Assembly: GCF_048593235.1 (NCBI RefSeq)
Contig: NC_133619.1
Coordinates: 543,643,644-543,707,643 of the forward strand
Direction: 5' to 3'
From: Sminthopsis crassicaudata
Lineage: Eukaryota
Length of the DNA stretch: 64,000 nucleotides
The notes under the pieces are model-generated. The model worked only from the letters and a program-made list of their open reading frames with translations. It did not search any database and was not told the DNA's origin. Positions 1-12,130 of this stretch are shown here, piece by piece (the stretch's first letter is position 1; the number at the start of each line of letters is the position of its first letter). A program made the position numbers and the translations under genes.

Positions 1-313
1 GATATCCTTTATCAAGTGCTTTGCTAAAATCTAGGGAAAATATTTCTATATCATTCCTGATCTTCTTCCAGTTTAGTGACCCTATTAAAAAATTAAATAA
101 TATAAATGTGACAAGACCTGTTCTTGATGGGATCACAGGTTGTTTTTTTTTTCCTCTAGATGTTATCTCTTTTATGTTCTATTCTAAAAAAAAATTTCTT
201 TATGCTCCCAAATCTTTAAAACATCATTGAAATTCACTCAGCAAATACACTAAAAACTAATTGAATTCAGTTATGGAGTGCTAATATCCATAAAATAATG
301 ATTCTTAAATTAA

Positions 314-318
<5 letters not shown>

Positions 319-346
<28 letters not shown>
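319..346. repeat. (CA)14 microsatellite
   Basis: Uninterrupted CA dinucleotide run. Confidence 0.95.
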
Positions 347-348
<2 letters not shown>

Positions 349-1269
349 AAGCTGGGGGGAACAAGATATTATCTCTGACCTTTAGTGCAAAGTAAGGAAT
401 TTTGGACAATTATGGTCTAACATTTTGAATGAAAATATACTTACAAGACAGATGAAGGGCAAAAGAGGAAACTTTATGGATTTTTTATTTTTATCAATAA
501 TTATCATGAGATATATTTATGTAATTTAGTATATTAATGAAAGAAAAATATAATCACAGAATTACAACATCATAGGCATATATATATATATTTTTTTCTT
601 TATATGTGCCTATGGATATAAATATAAATAATAAAAAATCTGGCTATTTTTGGAATTGTTTAAAAAAATTCATAAAGTCATCCCTCCCATTGTATGCCAA
701 TTTTCTGTAGGATAAATAATCTAAATTCATACAAATGTTATATTATGGGCTATGCTCCTAAAACCAACTGATGATAGCTTATTTGTCTAGAGCTTCACAG
801 GTCTAACTAAAAGGTTTTAAACTGAAAAAATAAATGGGAGGGAGAAAACTGCCTATTTATATCTATCAAGCTATCCACAGAGAATAACTACAATGCTGTG
901 AGAAGAATAGTGCTAAAAATGCCCAGAAATTCACAAGATACATAATACAAGAAAGAAGCCAGCAATAAAACTCCTAGTCTCAGATGTTTTTCCATAATGT
1001 GTAATTGGTTTCAAATAAGACAAATTTGAGATAACCATTCAAGAAGGTAAATTTGACATTATAAACATCTCTCAGGCATAAAATGAGATCCATAACTAGA
1101 ATATGGTAGTGAAAATATAAATCTTAGTTAAAATGAATAGGGTAAGCAAATGAACAGGGGAAGAGAAAGATTACCATTGAAAATTAAGAAGATATAGTCA
1201 TTAGGAAATCTAAGAACAAGGGGCAAAAGCCTAATAGAAAACATCTGGATGGTGATCGATGAAGGCAGA

Positions 1270-1385
1270 AAAAGAAGAAACAATTATTGGAATGGCTTAT
1301 TTATTTGTTGCAAATTTTGCTCTTATTGAAACTATGGGGTATATTGAGAGTGGTAGTAATATAATAAAAGAGCCTTAATTAAGTA
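1270..1385 (+). mobile_element. Old L1 3'UTR fragment
   Basis: TTTATTTGTTGCAA...TATTGAGAGTGGTAGTAATATAATAAAAGAGC is a diverged match to 3575-3670. Boundaries approximate. Confidence 0.55.
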
Positions 1386-1744
1386 GACAAAGAGGAAATA
1401 GATACTTGTTGGAAAATAGATTATAAACCTAGCACAAAAGAATCTATCATGGCCCCAGAAAATGTCATCATCAGAAAAGTAATCATTCTGTAAGATTGCA
1501 TCACCTTTGTTACTCATTACTTCATTAGTACAATAAGTACTCTACCCCTTTGAATGGAGTTTTGAAGTGCAAGGCAAAGAACCTCTCCAAAAGCTTCCAG
1601 TTAAAAGGGATTCTCAGAGAAGCCATATCTTTATTTTCAACCAGTTGAAATCCATTGGACCAAAATGCTGTGGTTCTTCGCCATCTTCCCTATATCTCCC
1701 TTTTTGGTTTCTTTTTCTGTGTTGTCTTGCCACATTTCTGTGTT

Positions 1745-1853
1745 GTTTAAGCTACCTGAGGATAAGGACTATTTTTCTTTATTCATATTTGTGTCCACAA
1801 AACTGAGCATAGTACTTTGTGTATAGTAAGTATTTAATAAATGTTGGCTGACT
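1745..1853 (+). mobile_element. L2 3' tail
   Basis: CCTGAGGATAAGGACTATTTT...GCATAGTACTTTGTGTATAGTAAGTATTTAATAAATGTTGGCTGACT resembles the L2 terminus. Confidence 0.7.
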
Positions 1854-2129
1854 AATTTTCACAGAGATGTGCTATAGAAAAGAGGGACAATTTCAGCTCT
1901 CTACAATCTTTCAGAGACCTCTGTATGCTAAAAGTATTTTAATAATTTGGAGGAATTACCAAGAATTTAAATTCTTTATCTGATCCTTATCAAATAGGAG
2001 GATCTGATTTCAGGAAGAGAAAGGATTGAAACTCTGGAAGAAGCAACTGCTATAATTTCAAACTTTGTATTGAACATGAATCATCTATGTTGGAAGAATA
2101 TATTTTAAAGGGTAAAGGAAAAATAAAAA

Positions 2130-3000
2130 ATGAGAAACCACGATCCTGGGCAAGACATTTGCTGTCCCATAGAAGATATATACGGGATTACTTCAAATGC
2201 ATATTACTAAGAACTATTTTCCTATGTATAGAATGAAAATAATAAGAACAAACAGCAAGCAAAAGAAGAAATTCAAGCTATCAGCAATTACATGGAATAA
2301 TGCTATTAATCAATAATAATAGTGAGAATAATTAAAATTAAAACAACTGTGACATTATATCTTATAATTATCAGATTGGCAAAGATTACACAAAACAAAA
2401 AATTGTATATATTGAAGTAGTTACGGATGGGTAGGCACACTAATGGATTATCATTAGAGAAGTGAACCATTATGAAAAAAAATTGAAAATACAAAAGAAA
2501 ATAATTACTAAAGAAAATATATCAGAAAAGACACTAAAATATAAAATTACTAATGATATAACTGGTAAGACTATACCCTAAGGAATTCAAAGACTCACAC
2601 AATTAGTTAAATTCTACAGCATGAATTTATTTCATTCAACTTCCTGAATGGCACAATGGATAAAGGAAAAACCTTAGTTCAAATACATTCTCAGACATAT
2701 AACCTGGGTGGCCTTGGACTGATCTTTTAATTTCTGTGTGTCTCAGTTTTCTCATCTGTAAAATGGGGATAATAATGCCTGTATCCCAGGGTTGTTACAA
2801 GGCTTGAATGAGGCAATATTTGAAAAGTGTTTAGTATGTAGTAGGCATTTAATAAGTTCTTGTTTATTTTATTATATATTATGTATGTAATATTATGTAT
2901 TATAAAAATAAATTTATATTTATTACATCATTTTAAGTAGAAGGGAATTAGAAAGGAATAATAAATAATTAATTTAAAATGTTTGAAAAAGTTGTGGCAT
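2130..3000 (+). mobile_element. Old L1 ORF2-end/3'UTR relic, interrupted by a MIR and an LTR; resumes about 3521-3680
   Basis: AAAATTAAAACAACTGTGACATTATATCTTATAATTATCAGATTGGCAAAGATT resembles the L1 ORF2 C-terminal region; heavily degraded. Confidence 0.55.
2645..2865 (+). mobile_element. MIR (CORE-SINE)
   Basis: CORE motif TCTCAGTTTTCTCATCTGTAAAATGGGGATAATAAT followed by an L2-type tail. Confidence 0.85.
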
Positions 3001-3012
3001 ATGAATGTAAAT

Positions 3013-3520
3013 TGTAATATTCTTCTCTAAAATGTAATTTTCTCTTGGAGCAGGTTTCTTGGGGGGCTTCTGGGAGCAGCCTTTATTTTAGTTCAGTAAT
3101 CATCTCAAATGCAGCCAGGGATTAAAATCCAAATCCTTTATTGTCTCTTTCCAAGTTTAGTCTCCTTTTCTGGGGCCCAGTTAACTTTCTTAGAGGCCTA
3201 TCTCTCTCCTTAGTTCCGAGAGTTTAAGCTCCTGCTGCCAGTCCTTTATCTTCTCTGCCTTTACCAGCTTCTTGAAGTCCTCTTGAATATGTCTTGGTTT
3301 CTGTGGAGGAGGCAGGAGGACTGCTACCACTTTTCTGGTTTTCCCTAGTTCTCATTATGGCTGAGCTTGTCTGAGCTTATATCCCCTCTCATCATAGGTG
3401 TGAATCTTGTGGAACTATAGTAAGTACTAAGTATATATACTGAACTAGAGAACTGTTAAGCACTATGCTAACTTGAGAAGAGTTTAGTGAATTTATAGAG
3501 AAAAACGGGGAAAAACTACA
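3013..3520 (-). mobile_element. ERV solo LTR (minus strand)
   Basis: TGTAAT...ACTACA termini. On the minus strand a TATA-like ATATAA (3377-3382) precedes AATAAA (3137-3142). It shares a GTRCTTRACARTTCTCTAGTTC-like block with the LTR at 33273. No TSD recovered. Confidence 0.7.
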
Positions 3521-4089
3521 TTGTGATGACAAGAATTTATTGGAAAGCTCTCAGACATGGCAATGTGTTGATTTGTTTGTATTTATTTGTTGCAACTTTG
3601 GGGGGGTTTATTGGAACAATGAGTATTATTGAGAGTGATAGTGATATAATAAAAAAGAGCATTAATTAAACATTAAAAAAAAACAAAATTCTATAAATAC
3701 TTAAAGAATCTATTCTGATGATGTGGAAAAATTTTGTAAATAGAGTAACTTGAGAGGACAAGTAACCAGTTTAGATTTTTAAACATATATAAAAATTGGA
3801 AGTAAGGGCAAGTACAAATAGTAAAGAATAAATTCAGAAGTCTGGCATATGAGCATATCATAATAAGGAAAGTAAAAGCTTTCCTCTGTCCCAAAAAGGG
3901 TCTTTAAAAACCATATTTTACTGAAGTAGACTGAAAAAGGACTGAGACTGCAGCTGAACTCTAACTTTGTATCTTTTTTTTTTTACTAAGGAGAATGACT
4001 TCTGGATTGGAAAATAGAGAACAAAAGTGATTAACAAGGAGTGAATGAATAATCATGTTAAATAGATGTATATAGTAAGAGAATATCTT

Positions 4090-5392
4090 ATTGAACTTGA
4101 GTTCCAGTGATCAGATCCAGATTATCTGCATATTCCAAACTAGTAGATGTACTTGATGAGCTTCTCTCAGTGATCTTTGAAAAATCATGGAGTGATAGGT
4201 ACTAGATAATTAGGAAAGGAAAAATGTTCTACAATTTTAAGAGAATGAAGTCTGAAAACCATAGACCAGCAAATTTGATTAATTCTTGATTACATTCTTG
4301 AATATATCTTTAAATGATGTTTAGTGGAAAAGGTAGTAAAAGAAGCAAGTAGCAATTAAGAGCCAACATGGTTTCAGAAAAAATGTATTCATATCAGATT
4401 AATTCACTGTCCTTTGTGATTGGGTGAAGTATTAATAGATTAGGGGAATCAGGGGAATAATCTAAATATAGCATACCTAAATTTTATCAAAGTTTTTTAT
4501 AAGGTCTGTCATGATATTATTTGGAAAATATGAAGACATATACTAAGACAATTGTGTAATATATTATACATATTATTAGTTAAATGGCTGGACTCAATGA
4601 ATCATAATTCATGTTTTAAAATCAACTTGGAAGGAAACCTCTAGCAATATACCTCCCTTCCCTACTTCAACCTCCAGGGATCAGTATTTGAACCTGTGTT
4701 GTTTAATATGTTTGCCAATGACTTAAATAAAGGTGCAGATGCCATGATAATCAAAAATTCCAGACACAAAGCTAGAAGTAATGGCTCACTTGCTGGATGA
4801 TAGTATCCCAAAAAGTCTCAATAGGATAAAATGTTAAGCAACATCTAAAATGATAAAAATTCAATAAGTATAAAATGAAATTTTGTACTTGGCTTAAAAA
4901 TCAACATTATAAGTAAAATATGAGGAAGATAAGGCTAGAGAGAAAATAATCTGAAAAAAATCTGCGGATTTAATAGTCTCTAAAGAACATATCAGTGGTG
5001 TGATATGGCAACCAATTAAAAAAACAAAAACAAACAAACCAACATAGCTACTTAGCCTACATTCAGAGTGAATAATAGAGTCCAAGAGAGGTGATTTTGC
5101 ATTGTACATTTCTCATCAGAGCACTTTGAGGGTATCATATTTGGTACTGGACACTATATTACAGAAAGAATGTGGAAACTTTTAGAAGGGTTTAGATAGA
5201 TTCAAGTGAAATGGTCTCAAATTCACTCCAACAGGACCAATCAAAGGAACTGGGGATGTTTAGTAGAAAGAAGGGATGATTTAAGAAAATATGATCGCTA
5301 ACTCTAAGTATTTGAATAATTCTCACCTAAAAAAGATATTTGACTTGATCTGCTCTACCTTAGAAGAGCAAACTAAAAGTAGAGGTAAAAAT
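4090..5392 (+). mobile_element. L3/CR1 LINE, reverse-transcriptase region (ancient, degraded)
   Basis: Degenerate CR1-RT landmarks: CTCTCAGTGATCTTTGAAAAATCATGG (LSVIFEKSW), AGCCAACATGGTTTC (SQHGF), CTAAATTTTATCAAAGTTTTTTATAAGGTCTGTCATGAT (LDFSKAFDKVSHD-like) and CAGGGATCAGTATTTGAACCT (QGSVLGP-like). Confidence 0.85.
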
Positions 5393-5793
5393 AAGAAACA
5401 GCAAATAGGACATTTTAAGGCAAAACCTAGGAAAACTTGTATGAATGAATAAAGAGCAAAGTAAGTAGAAATAAAAGAAAAAATATATATGTTATATAAT
5501 ATTGTAAGAACAAATAACTTTAAAAGGCTTAAGAACTTTATCAGCACAATGAACAACGTAATTCCAGAGCACCAAAGATAAAACATGCTACCCACATCTT
5601 GAAAAATGGTGATGGACTCATTATGAAGAATGAGATACACTTATGGAGCACATGGAATTATTTTTGAGGAGGGGATACTTTATTGTGGGTAATTGTAACA
5701 AAGATTTTGTTTTACTTTTTGCTTTTTTTCAGATGGTTGGGAAGAAGTGATAGGAAAAAAATCCAAAGCTTGTTCATTGAAAAATTGAATTTT

Positions 5794-6272
5794 GACCAGC
5801 AGGATGAATACAGAGAGGTTTGGAAAGACTTACATCAACTGATACTGAGTGAAATGAATAGAACCAGAAGATCGCTGTACACTTCAATGCTGTATGAAGA
5901 TGTATTCTGATAGAAGTGGATACCTTCAACATAAAGAAGATCCAACCCACTTCCAGTTGATCAATGATGGACAGAAACAGCTACACCCAGAGAAGGAACA
6001 CTGGGAAGTGAATGTAAATGTATCTACCCAGGTTACTTATACTTTCGGAATCTAATACTTAACATGCAACAAGAAAATTAGATTTACACACATATATTGT
6101 ATCTAGGTTATACTGTAATACATGTAAAATGTATGGGATTGCCTGTCATCTAGAAGAGGGAGTAGAGGGAGGGAGGGGATAATTTGGAAAAATGAATACA
6201 AGGGATAATGTTATAAAAAAATTACTCATGCATATATACTGTCAAAAAAATTATAAGTACAAAATAAAAAAA
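5794..6272 (+). mobile_element. 5'-truncated L1 (3' end) with 15-bp TSD
   Basis: L1 ORF2 end and 3'UTR with an A-rich tail. GAAAAATTGAATTTT occurs at 5779-5793 and 6273-6287. Confidence 0.9.
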
Positions 6273-6289
6273 GAAAAATTGAATTTTTA

Positions 6290-6450
6290 AAAGTTAAAAA
6301 GAGACAACTTAGGTTTTTGCCAAGAAAAAATTTCCAGCAATTAAAACTATCCCAAAATGGAATGGACTGCATCAGGACATAGTGGATTTCCAATACACAA
6401 GAGATATTTAAGCAGAAGGATAATGACTACTCTAGAGAAGAGATTCTGTC
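6290..6450 (+). mobile_element. L3/CR1 3' end (continuation of 4090-5392)
   Basis: AAGAAAAAATTTCCAGCAATTAAAACTATCCCAAAATGGAATGGACTGC resembles the L3 3' segment; colinear with the piece ending near 5392. Confidence 0.75.
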
Positions 6451-6559
6451 AAAATTTATCTTTGCATGTATTTTGAAAAATAAAAAGCTAATATTATTTT
6501 TAAAAAGAAGAAGGAATTCTTCTCTTGGTTTTGCTTGAACTAGATGAATTAAATAGTTG

Positions 6560-6690
6560 ATTGATAGATACTAGATTACTTGTTGAATACTATGTGCTAG
6601 GCACTGGGGATATAAATGCAAGCAACCAGATAGTCCCTATTCTCTAAGAACTCATATTCTACTGGGAAAATATAACAAATAAGGCAGGAA
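6560..6690 (-). mobile_element. L2 3' fragment
   Basis: TACTATGTGCTAGGCACTGGGGATATAAATGCAAG...ATAGTCCCTATTCTCTAAGAACTCATATTCTA is the reverse L2 tail. Confidence 0.7.
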
Positions 6691-7465
6691 GAGTTGAGTA
6701 CACATGCATCAGTAGCATGGTTAGAAAATGAGCCAGAAGTGTTCTGGAAGTCTGATTTGAAAAAGACAGGACAAAGATTTGCTTATCCATGCCCAAGGTC
6801 TCTAAGACAGAATTCAGGATCTGGTAGGGGGAAAGATAAAAAAGATGACCAGAGTGTAGTTAATATTGTTTGGAAATACTGTTGACTCCCAATAATGCAT
6901 TTTTACTGAATAACTGATTAAATCATAAAAATTAAAACAATAACCCAGGACTCCAGCTTCCAGTAGCTTTAGATGAACTGACAACTCTACCATTGGAGAG
7001 ATGAAATTTGCAATCTTAGAAAAAGGCAACAAAAAATCCTCCTTGCTTCTAAAAGACAAGTATTTGTCATTATCTGTCATATGCCATCCCTTTAGCCTAT
7101 ACCTTTCTTGGAACAAGTTGCCTTGCTGGCAGAGTACCCATAGTTCTTCTTATGCTTACAAAGAATTAAACTGGAAAGCTAGAATATGATGGGAAAAGGC
7201 ATCCTTTGAGAGAAACTTCCAGGTGTTTCCACAGCTGTCTAGGTCTTTTATGTTTTTCTAATTCTATAATTCTTAGTTAGGCCCAAAACATTTTTCCTAA
7301 AAGGCATGGGCGATTACTGTTCCTAAAAAGAGAGTAAGATATTACACAGCTTGACAGATACAGAAGTTGACCTAAGACTCAATAAAACTATCTCTCAGCA
7401 TCTGTGCCAACAGGAATTGATTAAAAAGCTTGTTAAATTAAAGTGAGCTGAGGTTAAAAGTAGCA

Positions 7466-7484
7466 CCACCAGCAGGTGGGCCAA
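7466..7484 (+). promoter_or_regulatory. Candidate CTCF site
   Basis: CCAGCAGGTGGG matches CCASYAGRKGGC at 11 of 12 positions, in a GC-richer unique patch. Motif match only. Confidence 0.3.
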
Positions 7485-8771
7485 TGCAATCTGCTGATAA
7501 GGCCTGGCCTACTGCCACCCAAAAATGAATCATGAGGTGTCTGTTAACAACACGATGAGGGTAGTAATTTCAAAGTAAATACCAATTCCAGAAGAAATAA
7601 TGCTTAAAGAGAGGCCAAGAATGTCCTCATATTAATCTATCCACTGCCTAATCATGCCCTAAGGGCTCCTCACCCCAAAGGAAAAAAATGTATCAAGATA
7701 TTAATGCCTTCACTAGCTTTTTAGACAGAATATCACAAATAGGTTCTTCTTAGTCATTCTCATGGCTTACACAAATATCATAGAAATACAACTGAGAACA
7801 ATTTATGCCTTTGCAAACTGATGCCAAAATGGCTAAACAATGAGATATCTAATTAACACAATTAGGAAGATGCAAGCCAACAGATCACAAGCTGTTACCA
7901 TGCCAGAAAGTTGAAATCTAATAGCCCAGAGTACAGAAGCCCCAGTGACTTCTAGGCAGGGGCTGGCAGAGAGCCTTTGACCAATCTGATCAGACATTAC
8001 AAAGATTTTCTCATGCCTCTGGCCAATTACCATTGAAATATTAAAGTTTCTCTAGTTTTCATCACAGTTTGGAATCTCAGTGGAAGTCCTTGAATATCAA
8101 CCTGTTTCAGCATATTTAAGCATCCATGATTTCATAGAGATGGAGATGTCCTTTACCAATGTAGTTTATGATCGCTTGACACTTGAGGTCCACCACATAA
8201 TAGGTACCTAGTAATTGTTTACTGATCAATTAGTAGAACAAAAACATAAGTTATATTCCATTACCCAATGGCAATATTTTAATTATGAACCCTTCCATAT
8301 TTGTTGAGAATAATTTTCAGAAAATGGACATATAATCTGCTGCCAAATCTACTTAAAGCCTTTCTAACAGAGAAGGAGTTGCCAGAAATGGAGTATTCCT
8401 TACAGGACCTTCAAGAATACAGGATTGCCTTCATATTCACAAGGAAGCATTGGATTAAGCCTTAATTAAATGCAGTTTTATATCTATAAATTTATACTTA
8501 TACATGTATTATACATGTATAGTTAGCAATTACTATATCACATATAGAACTAAAACAAGGCAAAATGTATTCCTACCTTAGGAATATAGGTAGTTCATTC
8601 ACTATGTGCAGATCATTCATCTAGTTACTGAGAATACAAGGGCAAAAAAAAACATTCTTCCTGTTCATGTACATGTATGACTACATGTGTAGCAGCCAAT
8701 ATACATGTGATAGAAATTTGATTATATAAGTTGTCTTTTAGCTCTATTATTTCTTTAACACATATATTATT

Positions 8772-10159
8772 TTTTTCTTTTTAAAAGATTTTAAATAGTT
8801 TTTATTTACCAGATATATGCATAGGTAATTTTACAACATTGACAATTGCCAAACCTTTTGTTCTAATTTTCCCCTCCTTCCTCCCCTCCGATGGCAGGTT
8901 GACCAGCACATGTTAAATATGTTAAAGTATAAATTAAATACAATATATGTATACATGTCCAAACAGTTGTTTTTGCTGTACAAAAAAGAATTGGACTTTG
9001 AAATAGTGTAAATAGTGGACAATTAGCCTGTGAAGGAAATCAAAAATGCAAGTGGACAAAAATAGAGGCATTGGGAATTCTATGTAGTGATTCATAGTCA
9101 TCTCCCAGAGTTCTTTCGCTGGATGTAACTGGTTCAGTTCATTACTGCTCTATTGGAACTGATTTGGTTCATTTCATTGTTGAAGAGGGCCACATCCATC
9201 AGAATTGATCATCATGTAGTGTTGATGTTGAAGTATATAATGATCTCCTGGTCCTGCTCATTTCACTCAGCATCAGTTCATGTAAGTCTCTCCAGGCCTT
9301 TCTGAAATCATTCTATTGGTCATTTCTTACGGAACAATAATATTCCATAATATTCATATACCACAATTTATTCAGCCATTCTCCAGTTGATGGGCATCCA
9401 CTGTTTCCAGTTTCTAGCCACTACAAAGACAACTGTTGCAAACATTCTTACACATACAGGTCCCTTTCCATTCTTTAAGATCTCTTTGGGATCTAACCCC
9501 AGTAGTAATACTGCTGGATCAAAGGGTATGCACAGTTTGATAACTTTTTGAACATAGTTCCAAATTGCTCCCCAGAATGGCTGGATGTATTCACAATTCA
9601 ACCAACAATGTATCAGTATCCCAGTTTCCCTCATCCCCTCCAACATTATGCATTATCTTTCCCTGTCATTCTAACCAATCTGACAGGTGTGTAGTGGTAT
9701 CTCAGAATTGTCTTAATTTGCATTTCTCTGATTAATAATGACTTGGAGCATCTTTTCATATGGCTAGAAATAATTTCAATTTCTTCATCTGAGAATTATC
9801 TGTTCATATCCTTTGACCATTTATCAATTGGAGAATGTCTTGATTTCTTATAAATTAGAGTCATTTCTCTATATATTTTGGAAATGAGGCCTTTATCGGA
9901 ACCTTTGACTGTAAAAATGTTTTCTCCATTTATTGTTTCCTTTCTAATCTTATCTGCATTAATTTTGTTTGTACAAAAACTTTTCAATTTGATATAATCA
10001 AAGTTTTCTACTTTGTGATCAAAAATGATCTTTAGTTCTTCTTTGGACATAATTCCACATGTCTGAGAGGTAAAATATCCTATGTTTCTCTAATGTATTT
10101 ATAATCTCATTCTTTATACCTAGGTCATGAACCCATTTTTACCTGATCTTGGTGTACAG
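8772..10159 (-). mobile_element. Relatively young 5'-truncated L1 with 16-bp TSD
   Basis: T-rich tail at the left. Reverse ORFs 9368-9646 (ETGILIHCW...LCIPFDPAVLLLG) and 9796-10050 (IKLKSFCT...PIDKWSKDMNR) match the L1 ORF2p C-terminus. TAACACATATATTATT occurs at 8756-8771 and 10160-10175. Confidence 0.95.
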
Positions 10160-10619
10160 TAACACATATATTATTACATGGTTTAATTGAAGTAGAAATT
10201 CTAGGAAACCAAGAAAATACTTAGCATTCTTGTTTTGTTTGTTTTATCATACAAACCAGTAGCCATATATCTTATTACAAAAAGGCTTGAGGGTAACTTT
10301 GAGTCTTTGAAGAATATATCAATCAGTCAGACATGTGGCAATTCCTATCAACCCAGAGAGGCTAGGTTGCAGGTGGAATAGAGGATATCCTCCTCAAAGA
10401 ATGTGGGTAATGGGCTAGAAGAATATTTATCTGTTCCCCTGTTAGAGCAATATGACTGTGATCCATCTAACTCCTGATCACTTTGCCATTTCTCGGGGAA
10501 AGGGAAACATCAAACTGTATATCCAAAATTTGACTCCTTCTCTACCTAATATCAGTTCTACAATGAACAGATATAGAAAATAACAAATCCAAATTGTAGC
10601 AAAACAGAAATCAAAGAAG

Positions 10620-10816
10620 NNNNNNNNNNNNNNNNNNNNNNNNNNNNNNNNNNNNNNNNNNNNNNNNNNNNNNNNNNNNNNNNNNNNNNNNNNNNNNNNN
10701 NNNNNNNNNNNNNNNNNNNNNNNNNNNNNNNNNNNNNNNNNNNNNNNNNNNNNNNNNNNNNNNNNNNNNNNNNNNNNNNNNNNNNNNNNNNNNNNNNNNN
10801 NNNNNNNNNNNNNNNN
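10620..10816. other. Assembly gap (N run)
   Basis: 197 N. Confidence 1.
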
Positions 10817-11319
10817 GAGAGGGCTGCCTCATTTAGGTAATTCAGCCCAACAAGAGAGAAGACCCTGGATCTCATCCAAGGGCAATCTCTCTGGTTTCTA
10901 GTGTGGCTAGCTAGGAATAGGAACACAACACAGGTTGCCTGTCCTTATTTTCTTCATAGTCTTTTTATTCAACTACCTTGAGTGGAGTTGGCCCTTATGT
11001 CTTCTCTCAATGGAAGATGGAAGCTCTGTAGAGTCCTAAAGAGAGACCTAAAAATGAATATTGCTTAGAAATCTCAAAAAGGTTTGTCAGAAATTAGATA
11101 TCTTTAGCCTCTTGCCAACTCCACTTTACCTTTCACACAGGGCATTCATCCCCACTAATATAAAAACTCTCAGCCCAATGAACTTTGAAACAGGAGTTGA
11201 AAAAAAAATTTTATTTGATCCTGCTGGAGTTTTTTGAATATTACCAACTGTCACTTTAGTACTTGAATGAGGAAACTATATTTTTTGCAGTAAGTTTATA
11301 TATATATATATATATATAT

Positions 11320-12092
11320 ATAATTGCTTTATAAATCATTTTGGGAGAGAAAATCAGAGCAAAAGAGAAAAACCATGGGAGAGATTTAAAAAAATTAGAG
11401 GTAAACTTACCATGTTTTAATTTACATTCAGGCTCCTTAGTTGTTATTTTGGATGCAGATAGCATTTTCTGTCCAAAGTCTATTGGGATTGCTTTGAATT
11501 ACTGAACTATTGAGAATTAAGCAAGCTTTTCATAGTTGATCATCATATGTTCTTACTGTTATTGTGTACAATGTATTCCTGGTTGCTTGTTTCACTTAGT
11601 ATCAATTAATGTATCTTTCCAGACTGTTTTATAATCAACTTGTTCATTGTTTTTATAGAACAATAATATTTGATTACTATCATGGACCAACCACAATTTG
11701 TTCAGCTATTCCTCAAGTGATGGGCATTTATTCTTTTTCCAATTCTTGTTACCACAAAAAGAACTGATACAAACTTTTTTTTAACATATCGGTCCTTTTC
11801 CCTCCTTTATGATTTCCTTGGAATATGAATTCAGTAAAGACATTGCTGAATCAAATTATATGCACAATTTGATAGCCCTTCAGACATAATTTCAGATGTT
11901 CTTCAGAGTGATTAGATCATTTTACAACTCCACCAACAATGCATTAGTGTCCCAGTTTTCCCATAACCCTTCCAACATTTATCATTATCATATCTGTCAT
12001 CTTAGCCAGTGAAGATGTTAGGTGGTACTTCAGAGTTGTTTTAATTTGTGTTTCTCTAATCAATAGTGATTTAGAGAAGTTTTTTTTCATAC

Positions 12093-12130
<38 letters not shown>

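Noticed and set aside
2990-3530. TSD for the minus-strand LTR
   Set aside because: No 4-6 bp duplication flanks both TG...CA ends; the left boundary is uncertain.
6814-7116. 100-aa minus-strand ORF (MFQERYRLKGWH...) in unique sequence
   Set aside because: No recognisable domain or viral homology and no convincing splice sites; a 100-codon ORF can arise by chance. A BLASTP/HMM search would settle it.
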